Shown here: positions 8,677 to 18,397 of the stretch, one piece after another
Position numbering within the stretch: the first letter of the stretch is position 1
Layout: every line of letters starts with the position of its first letter
DNA from: Candidatus Aminicenantes bacterium
Lineage (GTDB): Bacteria > Acidobacteriota > Aminicenantia > Aminicenantales > Saccharicenantaceae
Assembly (NCBI GenBank): GCA_963727095.1
Contig: CAVSEQ010000005.1
Location: 1,428,280-1,492,279, forward strand
Reading direction: 5' to 3'
Length of the DNA stretch: 64,000 nucleotides
The notes under the pieces: model-generated
Told to the model about the DNA's origin: nothing
Databases searched by the model: none
The model's input: only the letters and a program-made list of their open reading frames with translations
Translations under genes and position numbers: made by a program

Positions 8677-10008
8677 ATGATGACAGAAACCTCTGCCCCG
8701 GCGGGCTTCTTCCATCCCTCCCGTCCGATCTTCCGGTTCACGAACCTGTTATTCATTTCATCCTTGACCTTCGGAAGTTACTTTGCCTACGACATCATTG
8801 GCGCCATCGCCCCGTCCCTCGTCGAAGGCCTCCATGCCGGGCGGAAGACCGTCGGCGCGTTCAATACGATGTACAGCATCGCCGCCATCCTCGTCCTCCT
8901 TTTTGCCGGCATGCTCATCGACCGGCTCGGGACAAGGAAGGCGAGTATCATCTTCTCCGTCCTCGTTTTCGCCGGCGCCGCGGTCGTCTGGCAGGCCAGA
9001 AGCATTCCGTTGATGTTCCTCGGCCGCTTCATCTTCGGCGCCGGCGCCGAGCCCCTCGTCGTCGCCCAGAGCGCCATGCTGGCCCGCTGGTTCAAGAGGA
9101 AGGAGCTGGCGCTTTCCTTCGGCGTGGCCCTGACCATGAGCCGGCTCGGCTCGCTTTTTGCTTTCAACAACGGCGAGCTTATCACGAAATATTTCGGGAA
9201 CTTCCGCAACGCGCTTCTCGCCGCCGTCGGCGCCTGCGCCCTGTCCCTCATCGGCAATCTCTGCTACATCGTCATGGACAAACGGGGCGAGAAGATCCTC
9301 CACCTCCGCGACGAGAGCGCCGGCGACAAGATTGTCTTCAAAGACATCAAGGAGTTCAAGCCGACCTTCTGGTACGTGACCTTTCTGTGCCTGACGTTTT
9401 ACGCGGCCGTCTTCCCCTTCCAGAGCCTGTCGACGGACTTCTTTGCGACGAAGTGGGGCATCGCCCTGACGGCGCCGTCGTCGGGAGGTTTCCTGTCCCA
9501 GGTCTTCAACAACTTCCTCCACATCTTCAGCACGGCCGGCGGCATCTCGAGCATCATCATCTTCGCCTCGATGATCCTGGCGCCCTTCGCCGGCCGACTT
9601 GTGGACAAAATCGGAAGGAGGGCGACGTTCATGATCGTCGGCTCGCTTCTCATGATCCCCTGCCACCTGGCCATGGGCCTGACCATGATCTATCCCGTCT
9701 ACCCGATGATCCTCTTAGGCTTCGCCTTCGTCCTGGTGCCGGCGGCGATGTGGCCGTCCGTGCCGCTGATCGTCCGCTCCGAGCGCGTCGGGACGGCCTT
9801 CGGCCTGATGACGGCCATTCAGAACGTCGGGTTGGGGCTTTTTCCTTTGCTCAATGGGATGCTTCGGGACAAGACCGGGAACTATGTCGCGAGCCAGATC
9901 ATGTTCGCGAGCTTGGGTGTCATCGGGCTCGTGTTCGCCTTTCTGCTTAAGCGGGCCGACCGGCGCGAAGACCGGGGCCTGGAAGTCCCCCACAAAGCCG
10001 CCGCCTGA
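8677..10008 (+). CDS. MFS transporter
   Basis: 443 aa with about 12 hydrophobic segments and the typical MFS loop motif (GMLIDRLGTRK). Confidence 0.85.
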   Translation: MMTETSAPAGFFHPSRPIFRFTNLLFISSLTFGSYFAYDIIGAIAPSLVEGLHAGRKTVGAFNTMYSIAAILVLLFAGMLIDRLGTRKASIIFSVLVFAGAAVVWQARSIPLMFLGRFIFGAGAEPLVVAQSAMLARWFKRKELALSFGVALTMSRLGSLFAFNNGELITKYFGNFRNALLAAVGACALSLIGNLCYIVMDKRGEKILHLRDESAGDKIVFKDIKEFKPTFWYVTFLCLTFYAAVFPFQSLSTDFFATKWGIALTAPSSGGFLSQVFNNFLHIFSTAGGISSIIIFASMILAPFAGRLVDKIGRRATFMIVGSLLMIPCHLAMGLTMIYPVYPMILLGFAFVLVPAAMWPSVPLIVRSERVGTAFGLMTAIQNVGLGLFPLLNGMLRDKTGNYVASQIMFASLGVIGLVFAFLLKRADRREDRGLEVPHKAAA

Positions 10009-10121
10009 GGTTGATCACGCCGGGACCGCTGGGCGGCATCGCAGGCATTGATCGCTTCCGGCGTGCCCGAGAAATCTTCCTTATCGCCTATGAGAGTTGC
10101 GCACGACCGATGGACAGCGCT

Positions 10122-10150
10122 TGACGTCCGCCCCGCCTGAAAATATAGTA
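10122..10150 (+). promoter_or_regulatory. sigma70-type promoter (-35 TTGACG, 17-nt spacer, -10 TATAGT)
   Basis: Located about 45 nt upstream of the GAAGGAGG RBS of the oxidoreductase gene. Confidence 0.45.
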
Positions 10151-10197
10151 GGTGCCGGTTGAGCTTCTCACATTAGGGCATTGAAGGAGGAGGGCGA

Positions 10198-11592
10198 ATG
10201 GGATCGAATAGCAGTAGTCCGAAGTCAGCCTTGACCCGCCGGGAATTCCTTGGCCGGGCGGCGGCGGCCGCCGCGGCCAGTGCCGTGATCGTACCACGCC
10301 GCGTGCTCGGCGGCTCGGGACATCGGGCGCCCAGCGATACGCTGAACATCGGCTGCGTCGCCGTCGGCGGCCGGGGGTTCGATGATACAGTCTCGGCGAG
10401 CAGCCAGAACGTCATCGCGCTATGCGACGTCGACGACGGGAATATGGCGGCATTCCTGAAATCAGACCGTCATCCGCCGGACAAAAAGGCCATGGTCGAC
10501 AAGGCCCACAAGTACCAGGATTGGCGCAGAATGCTCGACACCGAGAAAAGCCTTGATGCCATCACGGTCGCCACACCCGATCACAATCACGCGATTATTG
10601 CCATGGCCGCCTTGAAGCGAGGCCTTCACACCTACGTTGAGAAGCCCCTGACCCATACGATCAAAGAATCCAGGCTTCTCGGCGCGGAGGCGAAGAAACG
10701 CAACCTCGTCACGCAGATGGGCAACCAGGGCCATGCCCAGGAGGGCATCCGCCTCATCTGCGAATGGATCTGGGACGGCGCCATCGGCCCCGTGACCGAG
10801 GTCCACGTCTGGACGAATCGGCCGACCTGGCCTCAAGGCGTCGACGCTCCGAAGGACACGCCGCCCGTCCCCGCCGGGCTGGATTGGGACGTTTGGATCG
10901 GTCCGGCGCCCTGGCGGCCATACAACCAGGCCTACCTCCCCGAGTATTGGCGAGGCTATTGGGACTTCGGCGCGGGCGCGCTCGGCGACATGGGCGCCCA
11001 CCTCATCGATCAGCCTTTTTGGGCCTTGAAGCTCGGACATCCGGCGACCATCCAGGCGAGCGCCTCGAAATTCACCAAGGACACGTACCCCCTGGCCGAG
11101 ATGATCACCTATCGTTTCCCGGCCCGCGGCACGATGCCCCCGGTCACGATGGTCTGGTACGACGGAGGCCTCATGCCCGCCAGGCCCAGCCTTCCGTACC
11201 TCGCGGACGGCCGGACGATGGGCGACGAGAACGGCGGCTGCCTTTTCATCGGCGCCAAGGGCATGATCGTCTGCGGGTGCTATGGCGAAAGCCCGCGCCT
11301 CCTGCCCGAGCAGCTCATGCGAGACTACAAGCGGCCGGCCAGGACGATCCCGCGCTCACCCGGCATCATGGAGGAATGGTTCACGGCCATCAAGGCCGGA
11401 AAGAAATCGACGTCGGATTTCGCGGATTACGCCGGACCGCTCACCGAGGTCATGCTACTCGCCAGCATCGCCGTCCGGTTCAAAGAGGCCAAGGTCGCTC
11501 TTCAATGGGATCCGGTCGCGGTGGAATTTCCCAACCTGCCGGAGGCCAATCCGTTCGTTCACACGGCCTATCGAACGGGCTGGTCACTCTAA
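10198..11592 (+). CDS. Gfo/Idh/MocA family oxidoreductase with a twin-arginine (Tat) signal peptide
   Basis: RREFLGRAAAAAAASAV Tat motif; Rossmann fold (GCVAVGGRG); the rest is typical of periplasmic Gfo/Idh/MocA (GH109-like) enzymes. Confidence 0.85.
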   Translation: MGSNSSSPKSALTRREFLGRAAAAAAASAVIVPRRVLGGSGHRAPSDTLNIGCVAVGGRGFDDTVSASSQNVIALCDVDDGNMAAFLKSDRHPPDKKAMVDKAHKYQDWRRMLDTEKSLDAITVATPDHNHAIIAMAALKRGLHTYVEKPLTHTIKESRLLGAEAKKRNLVTQMGNQGHAQEGIRLICEWIWDGAIGPVTEVHVWTNRPTWPQGVDAPKDTPPVPAGLDWDVWIGPAPWRPYNQAYLPEYWRGYWDFGAGALGDMGAHLIDQPFWALKLGHPATIQASASKFTKDTYPLAEMITYRFPARGTMPPVTMVWYDGGLMPARPSLPYLADGRTMGDENGGCLFIGAKGMIVCGCYGESPRLLPEQLMRDYKRPARTIPRSPGIMEEWFTAIKAGKKSTSDFADYAGPLTEVMLLASIAVRFKEAKVALQWDPVAVEFPNLPEANPFVHTAYRTGWSL

Positions 11593-11625
11593 CGGCGGCA
11601 GCGCGCGGGAAATGACGAGCCCCGC

Positions 11626-13764
11626 CTATTCTTCTTCCGTCGCAATGACGAAACTTGTCTGGGCGTGGGCAAGGCTTCTGGAAACGCTGTCCTCGGCATA
11701 GATATAGAGGAGATAGCGGCCGGGCTGAAGGTCCACGATCGGCAGCTCGAAACGCGCCATCTCCATCATGGCGTTTTGGCTTTTTTCCATGAGTTCAACG
11801 GCGGCCGGCATTTGCTCGCCTGTCGCCATGTTGATGACGGACACGGAGAGTGCGACGGTTGCCGGGCCTTGTCCGGCTGATGAATAGGGGACAACCACCG
11901 TGAGCTTCTTGTGGACCTTGGAGACCGCCCCGAGCGCGGCCGAGAAAATCATCCGGTCGAAGGGGTAGATTTCCGACCAGGTATAGGGATCCCCTTTCTT
12001 TCCTGGGCCCGCATCGAGGACCGGCGTTCCGGTTTCTTCGACGAGAATCAGAGGCGTGCAGAGGCTCAGGCCGGAGCCTACGGCCTTGCCGAATGCCGCC
12101 CTGGTCGAGGCCACCGCGCTCAGTCCCGTTTGCATATCCCGAATAACGATCCGGCAGTCGTAATCGCCGGGCTTGAGGGCCAGGCCGGTGCTGAAGAGAA
12201 GGGCCTGCCCGCGATGCGGTCTGGGGTCCGTCTCGAGCCGCCGGACGTCGCTGATATCCCCCTTGGCGTCGAAGACGATCGAGACGAACTCGACCTTGCT
12301 CCCCGTAAATTTCTGGGTGATCTCGCCGGGGATTTTGGCCAGGACCTCGGACCTCATGTCGTTCCCGACCGGGAAGGAAAGCGTGGCCATAAAAAACTCG
12401 GCGGGCATTCGGAACGGCGACCTCTCGTTCAGCGCGAGGTCGAAAAGGTGGAGCCGTTTTTCGAGTTCCGTGTAATCGGCATACGGCTTGGGGGCGAAAT
12501 AGCCGGTCTGGGCACGGACGACACAGCCGGGCCGCTTGACCGCAACCTTGACCTCATGAAACCGGCCGTCATAGTGCTGGCCGATCGAATACCCGAGCAC
12601 GTAGAAGGTCCCGGTGATACTCTGGACCTGCTCCAGGTTCTTGGCATAGAGGTTGATATTGGAATAGTACTTGCCGCCCGTGTTATCCGAGAGTCTTTTC
12701 AACGTATTCTGTCCGCTTGCGGCGTCATCTTTAAAGACGTTTGTCGCACTCTGCGGGGCCTGCCCTGTTTGAAACATGGTACGGGACCCCGTGGCGAAGG
12801 TCATCTCATCATAGGCGAACAGCGCCGCCGGCTTGGCCGATTCCCGCGTGTCGAAGGTGTAGAACGTGCAGCCGGAGGCGGTGAATTCCCTGTTCATCTC
12901 CTCGCTGCGCTCGCCGAGGACGCGGTCCACAGCAGCGTCGGAGGGATCGCCTCTGAACTGCGCGGTCTTGACTTGGTATCCGTTGATCAAAGAATTCGGG
13001 ATGCCCGTCGAGAAAAGGATGAATTGCTTCTGACCGGGGATAAGCCGCAGCGCTTTGGCCAGGGCGGTCAGCCGCAACATGAATGTCTCGGCCATGCGTT
13101 TCGATTCTTCCCGCAGTCCGCTCGCCGCATACATTGGGCCCGGATCGCTGGCATCGTTGGCTTCGACAAGCCTCCAGTACTGGTCCTCGATTTCGGTGGC
13201 CCGGCCGGCGCTCTCCTTCTGGTCGATCCGGGCCAGGACCTTATGGATCTTGCCGCGGTCGCCGGTCAGGTACTGGTGGACTGTCAGGCCCTTGAGCGTG
13301 GAGTAGGACAAAAGCGCCACTTCGTCGTCCGGACGGACATTCGTATCGACAAAATGCAGCGCCGCCTTCTTGGCTTTCGTAATGCCGCGGGGAGTGTTGT
13401 AGGCGAAATCGAAGAAAAGGAAAAACTTGCGGTTCATGGGATTCGGGGAAGGCTCGGCTGGAGTCTTGGGAAGGACGGCCGGGGCGGCATTGAGGGGAGA
13501 CGGCTCCAGGATGTGTCTTTCGAAATCCGTCAGCTTGACCGGGTTCCCGTTGTCGGTGAGCACGAAATCATCTTTCGTCAAGTCGATGACAGGCTTCCCG
13601 TTCTTATCCGTCACGTAGACGTGGACGAGCTTCAGAACAACCGAGACTTCGTATTGGAGCGCCGCCGGCTGTTGGGTGTTTTCCTGGCTGGTCAGATTAC
13701 GGACAAGCCCGGCCAGGATGATGCCCGAAAACAATATCCCCAAAAAGGCAACTGTTTTTCTCAT
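11626..13764 (-). CDS. VWA domain-containing protein (VWFA-related Acidobacterial domain family)
   Basis: Signal peptide. The N-terminal signature matches that family (VYVTDKNGKPV..LTKDDFVLTDNG). Start set at MRKTVAFL, which has a GAAGGTGG RBS. Confidence 0.75.
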   Translation of the reverse strand: MRKTVAFLGILFSGIILAGLVRNLTSQENTQQPAALQYEVSVVLKLVHVYVTDKNGKPVIDLTKDDFVLTDNGNPVKLTDFERHILEPSPLNAAPAVLPKTPAEPSPNPMNRKFFLFFDFAYNTPRGITKAKKAALHFVDTNVRPDDEVALLSYSTLKGLTVHQYLTGDRGKIHKVLARIDQKESAGRATEIEDQYWRLVEANDASDPGPMYAASGLREESKRMAETFMLRLTALAKALRLIPGQKQFILFSTGIPNSLINGYQVKTAQFRGDPSDAAVDRVLGERSEEMNREFTASGCTFYTFDTRESAKPAALFAYDEMTFATGSRTMFQTGQAPQSATNVFKDDAASGQNTLKRLSDNTGGKYYSNINLYAKNLEQVQSITGTFYVLGYSIGQHYDGRFHEVKVAVKRPGCVVRAQTGYFAPKPYADYTELEKRLHLFDLALNERSPFRMPAEFFMATLSFPVGNDMRSEVLAKIPGEITQKFTGSKVEFVSIVFDAKGDISDVRRLETDPRPHRGQALLFSTGLALKPGDYDCRIVIRDMQTGLSAVASTRAAFGKAVGSGLSLCTPLILVEETGTPVLDAGPGKKGDPYTWSEIYPFDRMIFSAALGAVSKVHKKLTVVVPYSSAGQGPATVALSVSVINMATGEQMPAAVELMEKSQNAMMEMARFELPIVDLQPGRYLLYIYAEDSVSRSLAHAQTSFVIATEEE

Positions 13765-13952
13765 GATCGGCCCACCTTCTTCGCCGCGACAAAATCGACG
13801 GCCCTTTCCCATCCCCCAGGCTGAGTTTAAGAGAAAGAAGGCGTCGCTGTCAACTTTTCTCGAGAGAGGCGCCGGGCTCATGGTTGCTCCCGGTCCGGAT
13901 TTCTGTTATAAAAGCATTTCATTTTTGCCGTTCAAGGGAGCTTCATCCGCCT

Positions 13953-14567
13953 ATGATCCGCGCCGTGATTTCCGACATGGGACAGGTCGTCCTCTGGTTC
14001 GACAACACCCTCTTCATCCGCCGGCTGGCCGAGATCACCGGGCTGCCGTTCGATCGAGTCAAGGACGTTGCGCACGCCAACCTGGATGTCATCCCCAAGT
14101 TCGACGGGGGCCGCATAACCCCGCCGGAATTCAAGGCACGGGTTTTTGCCGCTCTGGGCGTGAAGGCGGACGTGAGCGACGAAGTGTTCTGGAACGTCTA
14201 CGCGGACATTTTCCGGCCCAACGAGCCTGTCATCGGCATCCTCAAGCGGGTCAAGGCGGCCGGCTATCCGCTCGTGCTTCTTTCGAACACCGACACGGAG
14301 CGGTTCGGTTTCGTGAAGAGGACATATCCCGAAGTTCTGTTTTTTGACGCGTACGCCCTGTCGTACGAGCTCGGGCTTTTGAAGCCTGATGCGGCCATCT
14401 ACCTCGAGGCGGCCCGCCGTGCCGGTTCGGAGCCCGGCGAGTGTGTGTTCGTCGACGACATGGACGAGAACGTGAAGGGGGCGGAAGCGGCCGGGCTCCG
14501 GGGGATCCTCTATCGGCCGGAGACGGACCTCGAGGCCGAACTCAAAAAGTGCGGCCTGATTTTCTAG
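13953..14567 (+). CDS. HAD family hydrolase
   Basis: HAD motifs I (ISDMGQVV) and IV (FVDDMDENV). Confidence 0.8.
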   Translation: MIRAVISDMGQVVLWFDNTLFIRRLAEITGLPFDRVKDVAHANLDVIPKFDGGRITPPEFKARVFAALGVKADVSDEVFWNVYADIFRPNEPVIGILKRVKAAGYPLVLLSNTDTERFGFVKRTYPEVLFFDAYALSYELGLLKPDAAIYLEAARRAGSEPGECVFVDDMDENVKGAEAAGLRGILYRPETDLEAELKKCGLIF

Positions 14568-14605
14568 ACCGCGGACGAGGCAGATCCAAGAAGGAGGAGA
14601 TGGCT

Positions 14606-14641
14606 CCAAGACTCGTTTCGGATATGTCCCACCAGTAAGGC
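14606..14641. repeat. copy of the interspersed-repeat 5' module
   Basis: ccaagactcgtttcggatatgtcccaccagtaaggc; near-identical to the copies at 32887 and 44091. Confidence 0.6.
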
Positions 14642-14668
14642 TGCGAGCCGCTTCGCTTGATCGCGTTT

Positions 14669-15058
14669 CTACGCGACCTTCACCCAAACCTTCCGCGTCC
14701 TCGGTCCGTCGAATTCGCACAGACAGATCCCCTGCCACGTGCCGAGCTGCAGGCGGCCGTCGGCAACGATGACGCTGACGGACGAACCGACTAGGCTCGC
14801 CTTCACGTGAGCCGTGGAATTCCCCTCGGAATGGGCGTACGGAAAGGAGTCGGGGACGGCATGCCGCAGCACCATGAGGATGTCGGCCTTGACGTCCGGG
14901 TCGGAATTCTCATTGATCGTCACGCCCGCGGTCGTGTGTGGAACGAAGACGGTGCAGAGGCCTTCGCGAATGCCCGAAGCGGTCACGATCTTTGTGATTT
15001 CGGACGTCAGATCGACCATTTCCTCCCGCCGCCGGGTTTGCCGCTCGATGGTATCCAT
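14669..15058 (-). CDS. YjbQ/UPF0047 family protein (secondary thiamine-phosphate synthase-like)
   Basis: 129 aa with the conserved UPF0047 core (GLCTVFVPHTTAGVTINEN, HVKASLVGSS). Confidence 0.85.
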   Translation of the reverse strand: MDTIERQTRRREEMVDLTSEITKIVTASGIREGLCTVFVPHTTAGVTINENSDPDVKADILMVLRHAVPDSFPYAHSEGNSTAHVKASLVGSSVSVIVADGRLQLGTWQGICLCEFDGPRTRKVWVKVA

Positions 15059-15097
15059 TGCGACCTCAACAACTTAAAAAATTATCAAAAAAGGGTC

Positions 15098-15125
15098 TTG
15101 ACAAGGCCCTTCATTGGGTATAAAT
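15098..15125 (+). promoter_or_regulatory. sigma70-type promoter for nrdD (-35 TTGACA, -10 GGTATAAAT), followed by a ~170-nt AT-rich leader
   Basis: TTGACA at 15098-15103. The leader contains imperfect palindromes (aatacaacatttagtatt, acacaagatatggga) that may be NrdR-like operators. Confidence 0.4.
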
Positions 15126-15293
15126 TCTAACAAGCGAATACAACATTTAGTATTAATTTTCCAATAGCCACACAAGATATGGGATTGATCGGGAAATGTT
15201 ATTTGTTGTCTCATGGTTCGGATTCAGCGCGATTTTAGCACAGTTTCCGAGCAATGAACAGAGTCATTGAGCCGGACAAGAAGGAGAATTTTC

Positions 15294-17366
15294 ATGGGTA
15301 GCGGAATCGCCAGGATCAAGAAGAGGGACGGAACCGTCGCGGACTTCAACCAGGAAAAGATCACCAACGCCGTCTTCAAGGCGATGCAGTCCAAGGGCGT
15401 CAAGGACCGCAATATCGCCAAGACCGCGTCCGACATCGTGACCTTCATGGTCGAGGAGAAGTTCGGCGGCTATACGGTCCCCTCCGTCGAGCAGATCCAG
15501 GACATCGTGGAAATGGTTCTCATGAAGCAGGGCTACCACGACGTCGCCAAATCCTACATCCTGTACCGAGAGAAACACAAAGGCATCCGCGAAGCCAGGA
15601 AGATCGGCCTCAATCTGGAGCGGTTGGTCAAGGACTATATCGATAACGTCGATTGGAAGGTCCGCGAGAATTCGAACGAAGGGGTCACCAGCTTCTCCGG
15701 CCTCAACGCCCGCGTCTCCGGCGAGGTCCTCTCGAACTTCGCCCTCAACCAGATCTATTCCGAGCGCAGCAAGCAGGCCCACGTGGAGGGCGAATTCCAC
15801 ATCCACGACCTCAGCTACCCGATCGTCGGCTATTGCGCCGGCTGGTCGCTCGAAAACCTGATCCGCCGCGGCTTCGGGCACGTTCCGAACCAGGTCCACT
15901 CGAATCCGGCCAAGCATCTCGACACGCTGACCCTGCACATGGTCAACTTCATCGGCACGATGCAGGCCGAGTTCGCCGGCGCCCAGGCCTTCTCGAGCGT
16001 CGATACGCTCCTCGCGCCGTTCATCCGGCACGACGGTTTGTCCTACGAGGACGTCAAGCAAGACGTCCAGAAGCTCATCTTCGGTCTCAATGTTCCCTGC
16101 CGATGGGGCTGGCAGACGCCGTTCTCCAACCTGACGTTCGACTGGACCATCCCCGACGACATGAAGAACAAGAAGGTCGTCGTCGGCGGCGAGGAACTCG
16201 ACTCCTGTTACGGCGATTATCAAAAGGAAGTGGACTGGATCAACCAGGCCTTCCTTGAGCTCATGATCGAGGGCGACATGAAGGGCCGGGTCTTCACCTT
16301 CCCCATCCCGACCTACAATCTGAGCAATGAGTTCAACTGGGACTCGCCGAAAGCCAAACTTCTCTTCGATGCCACGGCCAAGTACGGCATCCCCTACTTC
16401 CAAAACTACATCGGCACGAACATGAACCCGGGAGATATCCGCGCCATGTGCTGCCGATTGAACCTCGACCAGCGGGAACTCCTGCGGCGGCCCGGCAACA
16501 TCTGGGGCCCGGGCGATTCGACGGGGTCCATCGGAGTCGTCACCCTTAACCTCAACCGGCTCGGGTATGAGGCGGCCTCCAGGGAGGATTTCTTCGTCCG
16601 GCTCAAGGAACTCATGACCGTAGCCAAAGACAGCCTGGAAACCAAGCGCAAGATCGTCAACAATATGCTCGAGAAGGCCATGATGCCTTACACGAAGGTC
16701 TACCTCGGCCACTTCGACAACCACTTCTCGACGATCGGCGTCTGCGGCATGCATGAAGCGGCGATGAACTTCCTCAAGAAGGGCATCGGAACGCCCGAAG
16801 GCCGTGAATTCGCGGTCGAGACTCTGATGTTCATGCGGGATGTCCTGCGCCAATTCCAGGAGGAAACGGGAAACCTTTACAACCTCGAAGCGACCCCGGC
16901 CGAATCGACGTCCTACCGGCTGGCCCGGATGGACAGGCAGAAATACCCGCAGATCTACACCTCCGGCACCGAGAAATATCCCTATCTCACGAACTCCACC
17001 CAGCTCAACGTCGACGCCACGCGGGACATTTTCGAGGCCATCCAGCACCAGTCCGAGCTCCAACCGCTCTACACCGGCGGGACAATCTTCCACGCGTTCC
17101 TGCCCGAGGCGATCGACGGCGAAACCTGCAAGAAGCTCGTCCAGAGGATCGCTCAAACCAAGCTGCCGTATTTCTCGATCACGCCGACCTTCAGCGTCTG
17201 CATGAACCACGGTTACATCCGCGGCAAGCACTTGGCCTGCCCCGACTGCGGCGACGAGACCGAAGTCTACAGCCGGATCGTCGGCTATATGCGTCCCGTC
17301 CGCACCTGGAACGACGGCAAGCAGCAGGAGTTCACGGACCGCACGCCCTACACCAAGATCGCCTGA
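15294..17366 (+). CDS. nrdD: anaerobic ribonucleoside-triphosphate reductase, class III RNR large subunit
   Basis: N-terminal ATP-cone; C-terminal Zn-ribbon CPDCGD; glycyl-radical motif SRIVGYMRPV; AAGGAG RBS. Confidence 0.95.
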   Translation: MGSGIARIKKRDGTVADFNQEKITNAVFKAMQSKGVKDRNIAKTASDIVTFMVEEKFGGYTVPSVEQIQDIVEMVLMKQGYHDVAKSYILYREKHKGIREARKIGLNLERLVKDYIDNVDWKVRENSNEGVTSFSGLNARVSGEVLSNFALNQIYSERSKQAHVEGEFHIHDLSYPIVGYCAGWSLENLIRRGFGHVPNQVHSNPAKHLDTLTLHMVNFIGTMQAEFAGAQAFSSVDTLLAPFIRHDGLSYEDVKQDVQKLIFGLNVPCRWGWQTPFSNLTFDWTIPDDMKNKKVVVGGEELDSCYGDYQKEVDWINQAFLELMIEGDMKGRVFTFPIPTYNLSNEFNWDSPKAKLLFDATAKYGIPYFQNYIGTNMNPGDIRAMCCRLNLDQRELLRRPGNIWGPGDSTGSIGVVTLNLNRLGYEAASREDFFVRLKELMTVAKDSLETKRKIVNNMLEKAMMPYTKVYLGHFDNHFSTIGVCGMHEAAMNFLKKGIGTPEGREFAVETLMFMRDVLRQFQEETGNLYNLEATPAESTSYRLARMDRQKYPQIYTSGTEKYPYLTNSTQLNVDATRDIFEAIQHQSELQPLYTGGTIFHAFLPEAIDGETCKKLVQRIAQTKLPYFSITPTFSVCMNHGYIRGKHLACPDCGDETEVYSRIVGYMRPVRTWNDGKQQEFTDRTPYTKIA

Positions 17367-17380
17367 GAGATCGAGAACCG

Positions 17381-17647
17381 ATGGACTATTATCTGTTTAC
17401 TTACCCGAACTGTCAGAAATGCGAAAAACTGAAAACCGCCCTCGCGGCCAAAGGGCTCACGCATTGTGAATTCAACCTTACCCAGGGCCCGGGCAAAGCC
17501 AAGATCCGGGAGTTCATCCGGCATGTCCGCCGGGACGATACGGGTGCGATCATCCTGCCCACGCTCATCCTCAACGACCAGGGTGTCGTGAAGTCCGTGA
17601 TCACTTCCTGCGAGGAGCTTGACGCGTGGTTGAAATCAAAGGAATAG
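17381..17647 (+). CDS. glutaredoxin/NrdH-like redoxin (CxxC)
   Basis: 88 aa; YPNCQKCEK active-site motif; thioredoxin-fold layout; sits between nrdD and nrdG. Confidence 0.7.
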   Translation: MDYYLFTYPNCQKCEKLKTALAAKGLTHCEFNLTQGPGKAKIREFIRHVRRDDTGAIILPTLILNDQGVVKSVITSCEELDAWLKSKE

Positions 17648-18324
17648 AAAAGTTCGCGAGCCGCGACTTCCCCGGACATATTTCCGCGACGGTCTTCCTC
17701 GGCGGGTGTTCGTTCCGCTGCCCCTACTGCCACAACGCCGACCTCGTCTTGCGGCCCGAGACAATCCAAACCATGCCCGTCGACATCTTTCTGTCCTTTC
17801 TCGATGGACGGAAGGGCTGGTTCGAGGGAGTCTGCATTTCGGGCGGCGAGCCGCTCCTCCACGATGACATCGAGGATCTTATCCGGGTCATCCGCGACCG
17901 GGGGCTTCTGGTCAAGCTCGATACGAACGGCTCCTTTCCGGCGCGGCTCGAGAAGCTCCTCGAGGACAAACTCCTGGATTGGGTGGCCATGGACATCAAG
18001 GCGCCCCTCGAGCGTTATCGCGAGGTGACGAGGGTCAACGTGGACGTCGAGGATATCGTGAAGAGCGCCGACCTCGTCCGCAATTCGGGGATCCGCACGA
18101 CATTCCGGACGACGGTCGTGCCCGGACTCATCGGCCGCGACGATATCGTCAAAATCGGGGAGTGGCTCCGGGGCGGCGACAGCTACCGCATCCAGCAATT
18201 CGTTCCCCAGAATACAATCGACCCGGCCTTCCTCGAAAAAAAGCCCTATGGGCGGGTCGAGCTCGATGCGCTGGTCGAAGCCGCACGGCCCTTCTTCAGG
18301 GAAGTCGCGCTCGAAGGGAATTGA
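17626..18324 (+). CDS. nrdG: anaerobic ribonucleotide reductase-activating protein (radical SAM)
   Basis: CSFRCPYC radical-SAM cysteine motif; GTG start overlapping the redoxin gene by 22 nt. Confidence 0.88.
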   Translation: MVEIKGIEKFASRDFPGHISATVFLGGCSFRCPYCHNADLVLRPETIQTMPVDIFLSFLDGRKGWFEGVCISGGEPLLHDDIEDLIRVIRDRGLLVKLDTNGSFPARLEKLLEDKLLDWVAMDIKAPLERYREVTRVNVDVEDIVKSADLVRNSGIRTTFRTTVVPGLIGRDDIVKIGEWLRGGDSYRIQQFVPQNTIDPAFLEKKPYGRVELDALVEAARPFFREVALEGN

Positions 18325-18397
18325 CGGCTCGCCGCCGCAGGCGCGCCGCGGACGGCGGGGCTGCCCGGCTGGCAGCAGCGACGGAAAGGTGAACGAC

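Noticed and set aside
8610-9950. 446-aa Arg/Pro/His-rich ORF overlapping the MFS transporter gene in another frame
   Set aside because: Low-complexity, R-rich translation with no start context. It is a typical alternate-frame artefact of GC-rich coding DNA. The MFS frame carries the recognisable motifs.
15264-17231. 655-aa minus-strand ORF antisense to nrdD
   Set aside because: It mirrors nrdD in the opposite frame and has no motifs. The nrdD frame has the ATP-cone, Zn-ribbon and glycyl-radical signatures.
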